The notes beneath the pieces were generated by a model. It was not told where the DNA came from, did not search any database, and was given only the letters and a program-made list of their open reading frames with translations. DNA of 25,085 bases from a virus (Duplodnaviria; Caudoviricetes), in the IMG/VR virus record IMGVR_UViG_3300032233_001000, positions 1 through 25,085 of that record, one strand, 5' to 3'. The position numbers and the translations under genes are program-made. How positions within the stretch are numbered: position 1 is the first letter of the stretch; each line of letters starts with the position of its first letter. Shown here piece by piece: positions 10,101-16,502 of this stretch.

Positions 10101-11132
10101 GAATTTGTAGATAATGTTAGGCGTACCGTCCTCATAGACAGCAGATGGATCAACAGTTAAAAAGATGTAGGGATCTGTTCCAGCAACTTGGGTATAGGGA
10201 TCTAAATAAATTCCACACTTAGAAGCTTCTGTAGAGTAAGTAGTGTATGCAGATGCAGCCGCTGTTTGAAGTGCAGGGTATTGAGACTCTAATGTGGTAA
10301 TAGAACTCTGTAAGGCTGAGGTTTGAGAGGCTATGTAAGCACTAGAATAGCATCTCCTCCAAGCATACAACTTGCCAGTTGTAAGCTGATTTCTGGTAAG
10401 AGTTGATCCACTTGACGTGTATGAAGTTGGCTTGTAGTATTGAACATCTTTAATAAAGGATCCCTGAACTACAGTCTGGTTCGCATTTGCTGATGGCTTG
10501 TTAAATTCAGTTGATACACCATCGCTAACCACTACGCCAGTAATTTTTATACTGTTACCCTGCTCGTATGGATTATTGGAAGTATTGTCCTTGTAGTTCC
10601 AGATTTCCTCGCAACTTAACTCATCTATCTTATCTGCTAAAGCTTGCTCGGCAGCATCAATCTCCTGCAACTTAGCATCCGCTGCTGCTTTGGCAGTAAC
10701 GTATGCTTCCATTGCAGTTTTGAAGCTACTAGCACTACATGCGGGACCAATCGGTTTAGATAGGGTGTTTGCAGCTAAAATAGATGAGATGAAACTTTGT
10801 CTGATAGCATTATCATCCTTATAGGGGAGTGCTTGGTATCTGACAACTCTAGGGGTTCCATCTAATGCTGACCAGATTTCAACTTCCCCATTAGTTTTAA
10901 TTCTACCAACATACTGCTCGGTGGCATCCCTATCGATTGCAAACCATCGACCAGTAGAATCATTACTAATTGCCCCACCAACTAATTGAGCACCTGGACG
11001 CTTCTGAAGACCAGTAGTAACATCAAGGAATACATTCTTCGCATCCTTAAGTTGACCGGGAAGAAGTAACTCGTCAGGTTGTTGTGAGATGCCATAAATT
11101 AGGCTAGGAATAGTTTGTGTGACTGCGGCCAT
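7173..11132 (-). CDS. Tail tubular protein B / nozzle (T7 gp12-like) with large insertions
   Basis: 1319 aa. N-terminal MAAVTQTIPSLIYGISQQPD...GLQKRPG, internal TINDFTFVANK, PSFVG...FRNR...SRPGDYFNFF...DPIDI, and C-terminal WEGDLNNRYYTRV. Follows tail tubular A. Confidence 0.93.
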   Translation of the reverse strand: MAAVTQTIPSLIYGISQQPDELLLPGQLKDAKNVFLDVTTGLQKRPGAQLVGGAISNDSTGRWFAIDRDATEQYVGRIKTNGEVEIWSALDGTPRVVRYQALPYKDDNAIRQSFISSILAANTLSKPIGPACSASSFKTAMEAYVTAKAAADAKLQEIDAAEQALADKIDELSCEEIWNYKDNTSNNPYEQGNSIKITGVVVSDGVSTEFNKPSANANQTVVQGSFIKDVQYYKPTSYTSSGSTLTRNQLTTGKLYAWRRCYSSAYIASQTSALQSSITTLESQYPALQTAAASAYTTYSTEASKCGIYLDPYTQVAGTDPYIFLTVDPSAVYEDGTPNIIYKFQRLGTTTGATTVYYTVGGTATINVDYTISGDGTVSPTAVNRVVNFSAGETEKLVTVNPTTDASFEDNETITFQLKSDNTYTTATSIPVYSGIYDDEKIASTGILSYFKHQDPDDLRVLTINDFTFVANKNSLVGPGPVSMSRSDLTARPYEAFIEVLQIAYGKQYALNLNYYSTSQTSTKVYSAQSINVVTTDWTSTDGACPFVGSNVYDVNPSTGSVYPDADWIETVDGHSYAKIGGVWTKKNPASPALTRQNLRFELVTTGQSIPNSYKNAALGYYCRYISEATLEIGGEGWQKGDRVQVTMNGKAYEIVIGASKITEVYASAGLIRPTATSTTSTTVLKAYDILTDIKTAIDSTTTGFTTEIIGNGIYLSHTKPFTISTAEAQLLNVFTDQLNNITRLPTQCKDGYIVKVVNSSEQEDDYYLKFSVKTGSNLNSSTTINQTGVATTTGSVRVSGEGVWEETYQPGVSTKLNSATMPHQIVRTPDGSFVVSPVEWEDRLIGDDITNPVPSFVGRYIQGMTLFRNRFVLFSDENVIMSRPGDYFNFFAKTALTATSSDPIDIAVGSTKPASLRAAYSAKVGLVIFGDTEQYLIYTDNDILGPETARITTMSNYKFNSRTSPVGLGTSIAFLADTGKNTAMYEITKIPTNAEAEIIEQSKIISSLLPDGIDQIISTKDYSSLFLGTTGSNELWVFRYFESGERRVQGAWFRWELTGTLLHHAMLIDGYYVVLKNIDSITGKDIITIQKFDLKTQEWSAFVQNSNAYNFNVHLDSSKIIYSNQMTYSSVTDTTSFYVPFGYYSTNELVAYSLSEGEYAGLAAKPTVQYLPDDSNGLKLVLDGDWTTTRLLVGYTFEMSVKLPTIYKQTPTQQGVNSDTRSSLILHRIKINFGDSGIYATTLQRLGHDDYTEEYAVPLYDQYVADTVALKEKYIQTVPIYSRNTDTSISITSTHPSPATIYSVTWEGDLNNRYYTRV

Positions 11133-11752
11133 CAGTACCTACGGGTAGCATTAAATGGGATATATGACTGATAGATAGTTCCATTAGGAGTACCCATGTA
11201 TGAGTAGTCACCTTGATTGCATTCAAACTCAACACAGGATGCCCTTAGGTAGCTCTCTTGACTTGCAAGTAGGGCAACCAACTCTCGATTGGTAACCAGT
11301 TGCGTAGCAGCCCTTGCAGATGCTCTAGAGATAATGTATCGCTTAAAGACAACGGGGATGTCCTCCCACTCAACGGCTTGAAGGTAGGTCACAGTAACCG
11401 GGTCATCAAACTGATCAGTCTGGTTATATTTGTCATATAGCTTCTTACCAGTAGCAATAAAGTCAGTTGTTCTATCGTAACTGTTGGTGGAGCTATCAAT
11501 TTTTAAAATGTTGTCTGGAACCCAAACATACTTATCATCATCAGGGGTAAGCTCAACATCATAGAATGTGTTAAAACTCCACCCTTCAGAAAGAACATCA
11601 AGGATCGTATCTTGAAAGATACGGTAGACAAAAGAGATCTCCGGGTTTTCAAACTGAAGATCTGTAATAGGAGCTTGTCCAATGCTCCCCAGAATCGAAT
11701 TTACTGCGGATAGTTCGGTATCGAGTTGTAAGACGTAGGAAGTAGTAGACAT
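11132..11752 (-). CDS. Tail tubular protein A / adaptor (T7 gp11-like)
   Basis: 206 aa with TELSAVNSILGSIGQAPIT, EGWSFN, KLYDK and FKRYIISRASARAA motifs. Confidence 0.93.
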   Translation of the reverse strand: MSTTSYVLQLDTELSAVNSILGSIGQAPITDLQFENPEISFVYRIFQDTILDVLSEGWSFNTFYDVELTPDDDKYVWVPDNILKIDSSTNSYDRTTDFIATGKKLYDKYNQTDQFDDPVTVTYLQAVEWEDIPVVFKRYIISRASARAATQLVTNRELVALLASQESYLRASCVEFECNQGDYSYMGTPNGTIYQSYIPFNATRRY

Positions 11753-11760
11753 GCTTATTT

Positions 11761-11794
11761 AAAGAAAAAAGGGGAACCTTTAATAGGCTCCCCC
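11761..11794 (-). terminator. Intrinsic terminator after the capsid cluster (T-phi equivalent)
   Basis: Minus strand GGGGAGCCT-ATTAA-AGGTTCCCC (9-bp stem with one G:U) followed by TTTTTTCTTT, between the capsid cluster and tail A. Confidence 0.9.
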
Positions 11795-11806
11795 GTTATT
11801 AGATGA

Positions 11807-12091
11807 TCAGCTACGAGTGATAGCAGGGTAGTCAACCTCTTGTCCACCGTAACTCACACGAAGACCTTGAGTCTCGGAGTAAACAGTAGAGAAAGCGGAT
11901 TGGTTACCAGTACCAAACGAACGCTGACTACGAGAGGGGGACTTACGAACGGCAGTGCGATTCTGAACGTTCAGAGTACCGGCAGCACTGTAAGAAGCAG
12001 TACCAAGAGTACCAGTTGCAGTGCTAGGAAGACCAGCAGCACGAACGCCAGAAACGCCACCAAGTCCAGTATTGGTTGCAGGGTTAGCCAT
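11807..12091 (-). CDS. Small Gly/Ala/Thr/Ser-rich protein, putative capsid accessory protein
   Basis: 94 aa. Lies in the capsid transcription unit, starts 2 nt after the upstream stop, and has capsid-like codon usage. Confidence 0.7.
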   Translation of the reverse strand: MANPATNTGLGGVSGVRAAGLPSTATGTLGTASYSAAGTLNVQNRTAVRKSPSRSQRSFGTGNQSAFSTVYSETQGLRVSYGGQEVDYPAITRS

Positions 12092-12093
12092 GT

Positions 12094-12693
12094 TCAGAAC
12101 TTCCGATATTCAACGTAAGAGCCAGCCTTGAGAGTAACGGTGCTGCTTGCAGCGTTGTAGTTGAAAACAAGGATACCGTTAGTCGTGCTGGAACCTTGGA
12201 CGATCACACGGGACTGAGCATAAGCTTCAGTACCAGCGGTACCAAGGGTAATAGAGGTGTTGGTGGGGGTAGTCAGCAGACCACCAGTACCACCAGTACC
12301 GGGAGAGGTAACACTCGAAGAGTTATCCCAACGCTCTTGAGCTTGACGGAAGGTGTAGTTGTTAGTACCGGTGCTCAGCTCAGTGCGAACACGAGTCGCA
12401 GCAAGCCAATCAGCGGCGTTAACAAGAGCAATCCGATAGTTCAGAACACCAGCAGCAGCACCATGGGTAAAGAGCAGATGGTAGTTCAGAAGCAGACGCT
12501 CACCTTTACCAACGGGAATAGCAAGTTCAGCAACGTTGGTATTGGCACCAGCCGTGGTGGTAACGTCACCAGTAGCAGTATTGAGGGCAGTAGCAGCGTT
12601 ACAAATCAGGTCTGCCGAAACGATATTGGCCAGGTTAGCCATATCGGGAGCATACTGAACTACACCCGTCGTGGAGTTAAGAGTTACAGACAT
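12094..12693 (-). CDS. Beta-rich protein, putative capsid spike/decoration protein
   Basis: 199 aa with alternating hydrophobic strands, ending TVTLKAGSYVEYRKF. AGGA upstream. The function is inferred. Confidence 0.7.
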   Translation of the reverse strand: MSVTLNSTTGVVQYAPDMANLANIVSADLICNAATALNTATGDVTTTAGANTNVAELAIPVGKGERLLLNYHLLFTHGAAAGVLNYRIALVNAADWLAATRVRTELSTGTNNYTFRQAQERWDNSSSVTSPGTGGTGGLLTTPTNTSITLGTAGTEAYAQSRVIVQGSSTTNGILVFNYNAASSTVTLKAGSYVEYRKF

Positions 12694-12717
12694 TTAGTGA
12701 ATCCTATAAATGAATTA

Positions 12718-12945
12718 TCAGGTACCACCGGAGGCACCAGTAGTGCCGGAGATGGAGCTAGCAGCCGTTGCCTTCAGGGCTTCACCACCGGAAACCGTAC
12801 GCCCATACTCCAAGGGAGTAGGGGGGTTCAAGGTAACGGACTTCACGGTTTTAGAAGAACCAAAGACTTTACCGTAAGGAGTGTTGGGAGCAGCAGCAGT
12901 ACCGCCCACAGCAACAACACGGGACAATCCAGGTGCAATAGACAT
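12718..12945 (-). CDS. Small protein directly after the major capsid gene, putative cement/decoration protein
   Basis: 75 aa containing SVTLNPPTPLEYGR. Strong AAGGAGG RBS 8 nt upstream of the ATG. Confidence 0.8.
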   Translation of the reverse strand: MSIAPGLSRVVAVGGTAAAPNTPYGKVFGSSKTVKSVTLNPPTPLEYGRTVSGGEALKATAASSISGTTGASGGT

Positions 12946-12953
12946 GACCTATT

Positions 12954-12960
12954 CCTCCTT
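12954..12960 (-). promoter_or_regulatory. Shine-Dalgarno sequence AAGGAGG
   Basis: Minus strand TGA TC AAGGAGG AATAGGTC ATG. Confidence 0.8.
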
Positions 12961-12962
12961 GA

Positions 12963-13979
12963 TCAGCTACGAGCAGACTGCAGTTCGATGGCAGCAGCAG
13001 GATTCAGGGTGCCACAACCCATAGCCATGCGACCAACGATCACATCGCCTTGGTAAAGGGTGCGGATGTCAGAACCAGTGGTTTGGACTTGAGGACCGAT
13101 AGCTTCCACAACGCCAGCAGCATCCTTGTGATAGATCAGGCCACAGTGGGTGCTGAAATCACCGGAATAGTCGTTGTTCTCACCGGACACGCCACTAACA
13201 GTACCAGCCAGGAAGGGCAGGTTGTTGGAACGCTTAATCTGAATACCAGCGATCTCATAGAGACCTTCACCAGATTGAAGATTACCGTTGGTATTACCGT
13301 AGTCACGGTTCAGGATGTTGCTATCAACCTGAGAGATCAGGGCATAGTACTGACGCGGGGACAGCACAGCAACACGACCTTGCTTAGGAAGGTTCTTCTC
13401 ATCAAGGATTGAAGCGGCTTCAAAGAAGCTATCAACAATAGCTTGAGCATCGAACTCTTTCTGGACACCAAGTTGGATCACCGAACCACCGGGCTCAGGA
13501 CCAGGAGCAGCAGTAATCGGGTGAGCTTCCCGTGCAGCTTTAGCGATCGTACGGAAGATCTTCTTGTCATAAGCCTCAGCGAGGGCATGACCGATCTTGG
13601 AAGCGATCTCGGAACGCAGAGAGTAGTGAGCGAGGGTTTCGTCCAGGTCATACACAAAGGCAGAGCTGACGAGAAGATCGTCACAGACGATGGTTTTTTC
13701 CGCCACCGGGGGATCACCAGACCCAAGGATGGGAGTACCAGGGGTGTGGTAACCGGCCAACATGCGGCCAGTAAAGATGAACTGCAGGGACTTACCATTC
13801 TTCAGGGTACGGGTCTGCACAGTGCCTTTGGCAATCGTGGCAGACTCATAAGCCTTGAACAGCTCGCCGCTAAACAGTTTCAGATAAGTGCCGTACTTAG
13901 AATCATAAGGACGGGCACCGGACGTATCGGCTACAGCCTTATTAATTGCGCCGAGTACGGTTTGAGTAGTATTAGCCAT
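12963..13979 (-). CDS. Major capsid protein (T7 gp10-like)
   Basis: 338 aa with YLKLFSGELFKAY, RTLKNGKSLQFIFTGR, EKTIVCDDLL, GHALAEAYDK and GRMAMGCGTLNPAAAIEL motifs. Confidence 0.97.
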   Translation of the reverse strand: MANTTQTVLGAINKAVADTSGARPYDSKYGTYLKLFSGELFKAYESATIAKGTVQTRTLKNGKSLQFIFTGRMLAGYHTPGTPILGSGDPPVAEKTIVCDDLLVSSAFVYDLDETLAHYSLRSEIASKIGHALAEAYDKKIFRTIAKAAREAHPITAAPGPEPGGSVIQLGVQKEFDAQAIVDSFFEAASILDEKNLPKQGRVAVLSPRQYYALISQVDSNILNRDYGNTNGNLQSGEGLYEIAGIQIKRSNNLPFLAGTVSGVSGENNDYSGDFSTHCGLIYHKDAAGVVEAIGPQVQTTGSDIRTLYQGDVIVGRMAMGCGTLNPAAAIELQSARS

Positions 13980-14106
13980 TTAAGTAAAGAGAGATTAAGG
14001 TAGTCTTCTCTCCAAGCTTGGAAAAGTTTTGCGCGTAATTATATCCAGTTTGTGTGGTCTCTCCCACCGTCATGACTAAAGGTTATCCGCGTACGGGCCA
14101 ATAGTC
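13980..14106 (-). promoter_or_regulatory. Structured non-coding leader of the major capsid gene
   Basis: Hairpin GACTA-TT-GG-C-CCG-TACG-CGG-ATAA-CC-TT-TAGTC (14074-14106), hairpin GTGG-GAGAGA-CCAC (14054-14067) and perfect palindrome TCCAAGCTTGGA (14011-14022). Confidence 0.55.
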
Positions 14107-14140
14107 AAAGAAAAGGGGGTCCGTCTCTGAGGTGCCCCCT
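14107..14140 (-). terminator. Terminator-like hairpin upstream of the capsid leader
   Basis: Minus strand AGGGGG-CA-CC-TCAGAGAC-GG-A-CCCCCT followed by TTTCTTT, 7 nt after the 76-aa ORF stop. Confidence 0.65.
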
Positions 14141-14147
14141 AAACAAA

Positions 14148-14378
14148 TTAGACAGGACGAACGATTACAGGTAATCGCTGTCCACCGGGATTATTCATCT
14201 TGCGTTGCTGCAAGCGACGAAGCATCTCCGGCGTTGCGTTCGGAATTCCTTGGTAGTTTTGACGCCCAGGAATATATGGGTTATTCAGGTCAAAACTAGG
14301 ATTTGATTGAGAAATAGATAAACTATTTTTTTTCTTTTTAGTTTTAGGTGTTTTTTCTTGTTGGTCTTGTTGTTTCAA
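14148..14378 (-). CDS. Hypothetical basic protein
   Basis: 76 aa, TTG start overlapping the RlpA-like stop (TTGA), Lys-rich N-terminus. Confidence 0.55.
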   Translation of the reverse strand: MKQQDQQEKTPKTKKKKNSLSISQSNPSFDLNNPYIPGRQNYQGIPNATPEMLRRLQQRKMNNPGGQRLPVIVRPV

Positions 14379-14674
14379 TTACTCAGACGGGTAATACTAA
14401 CCCTTCCAACTCCAGAGTTTGTAAGACCGATAGCATCAGCAGCTCCCTTACTTAGATCTAGATCTCGACCAGAAATGAATGGTCCGCGATCTGTCACACG
14501 AACAACAGCACATCCTCTGTAGCAGACTTTAAGTCTTGTGCCAAATGGCAGAGATTTATGCGCGGCTGTAAGTTGATACTGATTAAATCGTTCTCCATTA
14601 GCACTTGATCGTCCATGAAAACCAGGACCATACCAAGAACTAATAACAGACAGAGTAGTTAGAATAGGAATCAT
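14375..14674 (-). CDS. rlpA: RlpA-like lytic transglycosylase (double-psi beta-barrel)
   Basis: 99 aa with SSWYGPGFHGRSSANGERFN, LTAAHKSLPFGT, VRVTDRGPF and DLDLSKGAA, the canonical RlpA motifs. Confidence 0.93.
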   Translation of the reverse strand: MIPILTTLSVISSWYGPGFHGRSSANGERFNQYQLTAAHKSLPFGTRLKVCYRGCAVVRVTDRGPFISGRDLDLSKGAADAIGLTNSGVGRVSITRLSN

Positions 14675-14717
14675 GATAAGATAGCGAGGGACTTTCTTAT
14701 CTCCGTCAACACAATAA

Positions 14718-14748
14718 AGCCCTACAGCTACTCGCCAGAAGTAGGGCT
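14718..14748 (-). terminator. Stem-loop (possible terminator or RNA-stabilising structure) after hli and the micropeptide
   Basis: 8-bp perfect stem AGCCCTAC...GTAGGGCT with a 15-nt loop, followed on the minus strand by TTATTGTGTT (imperfect U tract). Confidence 0.5.
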
Positions 14749-14754
14749 ATTTAA

Positions 14755-14808
14755 TCAGCAGCCTTTCTTGCCGCCGCCTTTACCGCCTTTACCGCCTTTG
14801 CCTTTCAT
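14755..14808 (-). CDS. 17-aa Lys/Gly micropeptide MKGKGGKGGKGGGKKGC
   Basis: ATG overlaps the hli stop (TGATG). In-frame AAA-GGC-GGT repeats with synonymous variation, TGA at 14755-14757. Confidence 0.6.
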   Translation of the reverse strand: MKGKGGKGGKGGGKKGC

Positions 14809-14921
14809 CAGAAAATACCAGGAATAAGTTGACCAGTCGTAACATAAGCACCAATGGCAGCGACCACGCCGAGCATTGCAAGGCGACCATTGATGAGTTC
14901 AGCGCGTTCTTTGTTCGTCAT
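14808..14921 (-). CDS. hli: High-light-inducible protein (Hli/SCP), 37 aa
   Basis: Manual translation MTNKERAELINGRLAMLGVVAAIGAYVTTGQLIPGIF. It has the AExxNGRxAMxG chlorophyll-binding motif and the TGQxIPGxF tail of phage-type Hlis. Confidence 0.96.
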   Translation of the reverse strand: MTNKERAELINGRLAMLGVVAAIGAYVTTGQLIPGIF

Positions 14922-14942
14922 ATTAATGGGTGGATAAATTAA

Positions 14943-16502
14943 TCAGGACATAGCTTCTTGGCAGATGATGTCTGCCCCAATGTCAGCAGCAGATGCTGAC
15001 GTAGTAGTTGCCGCGATAGTAAGAACGTCGGGCACGTTCCCCCTTACATTGTTGTAAAGGGCAAACAGGTTTGAAAGATCCAAATCCAGAAGGCCACTAC
15101 CACCAGCAGGAGTGGTAAATCTCATCACAACTTCACCACCACTTAAAGAGGTAGCAGAAACGTCACGTTCAGCAAAGCTACCAGGAGATCCTAAGGTACT
15201 AACAGCAGCAAACGAACTACCTGTCAGTACAATCGGACTAGAAGTAGAAGAAGCAATGACTTCAATCTGTGCAAGAGCTGAGGAGGATAGGAGAAGACGT
15301 AACGGCAGGATCTGACCACGGTTAATAAGTCCAATCGTGTAGCTCTGTCCAGCAGTCGGTGCAGTAGTGATGGGCAGTCCAGTTACAACATCAGCAAAGA
15401 TAAGTTGGTTAGTGGAATTTGAAACAATTCTTGCAACCTGATTGGTATCGGGAAAATAAACACAACGTCCTCGCCATATGTTAGTAGCCCAGGGAGTACC
15501 GCTTACATTGATACTTGAAGTGGTACCGGAAACGATAGCAGCACTAGCCTGTGTGTACTCACTAGTCCCCATTACCCGATTACGAATGGACAGGATTGGT
15601 GAGCGAGTCGTACTCAGTGGAACAGTCTTACGAGGAGTACCGAGGGCCATACCATAGGAGTAAGTGAATCCCCGTTGTTCATCTTGACCTCCTTCAACCA
15701 TTACGGAGACACCATAATGGAACATATCGTTGATGGCAGCAGTAGTGCCATAGTTACGCTGCTCGTACCTAACAGGCAGGTTACCTGTACGTGCCCACGG
15801 TGCCGTGTTATTAGGACGGTTACCAGCACCAAAGTTATGGAGAACAATATTACGTCCTTGGATAGTCACACCAAAGCGGACAGACCCTGCTCCGTACCAA
15901 GCATACTCAATCCAGATCATTTGGATTAAGTTCCAGTTGATAGTACTGATCTTCCTAGTGTCTCCATTAAACTGGGACAAGGGAACCTTAGTATCAGTTG
16001 GGACTCCAGAGGCATCAGAGCGAATTACCACCTGCATACCAAACGGATTGGTAGCACTTACAGCAGCTCCATCTTGTTCAAAGAACGCTCCATTACCGTC
16101 ATCAAAGAAACCAACACGATTATATTGGTTAGCAAGTGCAGTTCCAAACTGAACAGCACTAGACAAGAACATAGATTTACCAGGCTGATAGCGGTGATAA
16201 GGCCGTGATTGTCGGATTGCTACATCACCACTCGTTGTAGTCAGCCTAAGTCGCACACCACCCTGACCAGGAAGGTGGGTGATAGTTGCAGAACCTGACG
16301 TAAAGTTCTCCCAACGAAGAGGTTGAAGACCGTATTCAAAGTCAGCTTCGTAAATATTCTGATGTCGTGTTACCTTAAGGCGACCAAAAACATCAACATT
16401 CTCATCCAAAAGTTGGATGGGGTCAGACTGCCTTACAGGGGCAAACGTCTGAGAAGTGCCAGTAAAGCTATTGGGTCTTCCTGGCTGGTATGAGTTTGTC
16501 AT
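14943..16502 (-). CDS. Beta-rich hypothetical protein, probably virion structural
   Basis: 519 aa with DVFGRLKV, RQSRPYHRYQPGKS, RVGFFDDGNGAFFE and WIEYAWYGAGSVRFG. I recognise these motifs from a phage protein family of unknown function, notably in cyanomyoviruses. Confidence 0.75.
   Translation of the reverse strand: MTNSYQPGRPNSFTGTSQTFAPVRQSDPIQLLDENVDVFGRLKVTRHQNIYEADFEYGLQPLRWENFTSGSATITHLPGQGGVRLRLTTTSGDVAIRQSRPYHRYQPGKSMFLSSAVQFGTALANQYNRVGFFDDGNGAFFEQDGAAVSATNPFGMQVVIRSDASGVPTDTKVPLSQFNGDTRKISTINWNLIQMIWIEYAWYGAGSVRFGVTIQGRNIVLHNFGAGNRPNNTAPWARTGNLPVRYEQRNYGTTAAINDMFHYGVSVMVEGGQDEQRGFTYSYGMALGTPRKTVPLSTTRSPILSIRNRVMGTSEYTQASAAIVSGTTSSINVSGTPWATNIWRGRCVYFPDTNQVARIVSNSTNQLIFADVVTGLPITTAPTAGQSYTIGLINRGQILPLRLLLSSSALAQIEVIASSTSSPIVLTGSSFAAVSTLGSPGSFAERDVSATSLSGGEVVMRFTTPAGGSGLLDLDLSNLFALYNNVRGNVPDVLTIAATTTSASAADIGADIICQEAMS

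Larger units (their letters stand above)
11804..12973. repeat. 14-bp direct repeat TGATCAGCTACGAG (11804-11817 and 12960-12973)
   Basis: Both copies encode ...Arg-Ser-stop, at the ends of the major capsid gene and of the 94-aa ORF. Confidence 0.75.

Noticed and set aside
12945-12965. T7 10B-style frameshift or readthrough fusing the capsid to the 75-aa ORF
   Set aside because: The 75-aa frame has a TAG at 12949-12951 just before its ATG, readthrough of the capsid TGA is out of frame, and the ORF has its own strong RBS.
11840-14003. Long plus-strand ORFs (92, 286, 120 and 186 aa) opposite the capsid cluster
   Set aside because: Antisense shadows caused by the strong codon bias of highly expressed minus-strand genes. 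They show no recognisable motifs.
14038-14043. TATAAT in the capsid leader as a sigma70 promoter
   Set aside because: No credible -35 box or extended -10 at the right spacing, so it is insufficient evidence on its own.
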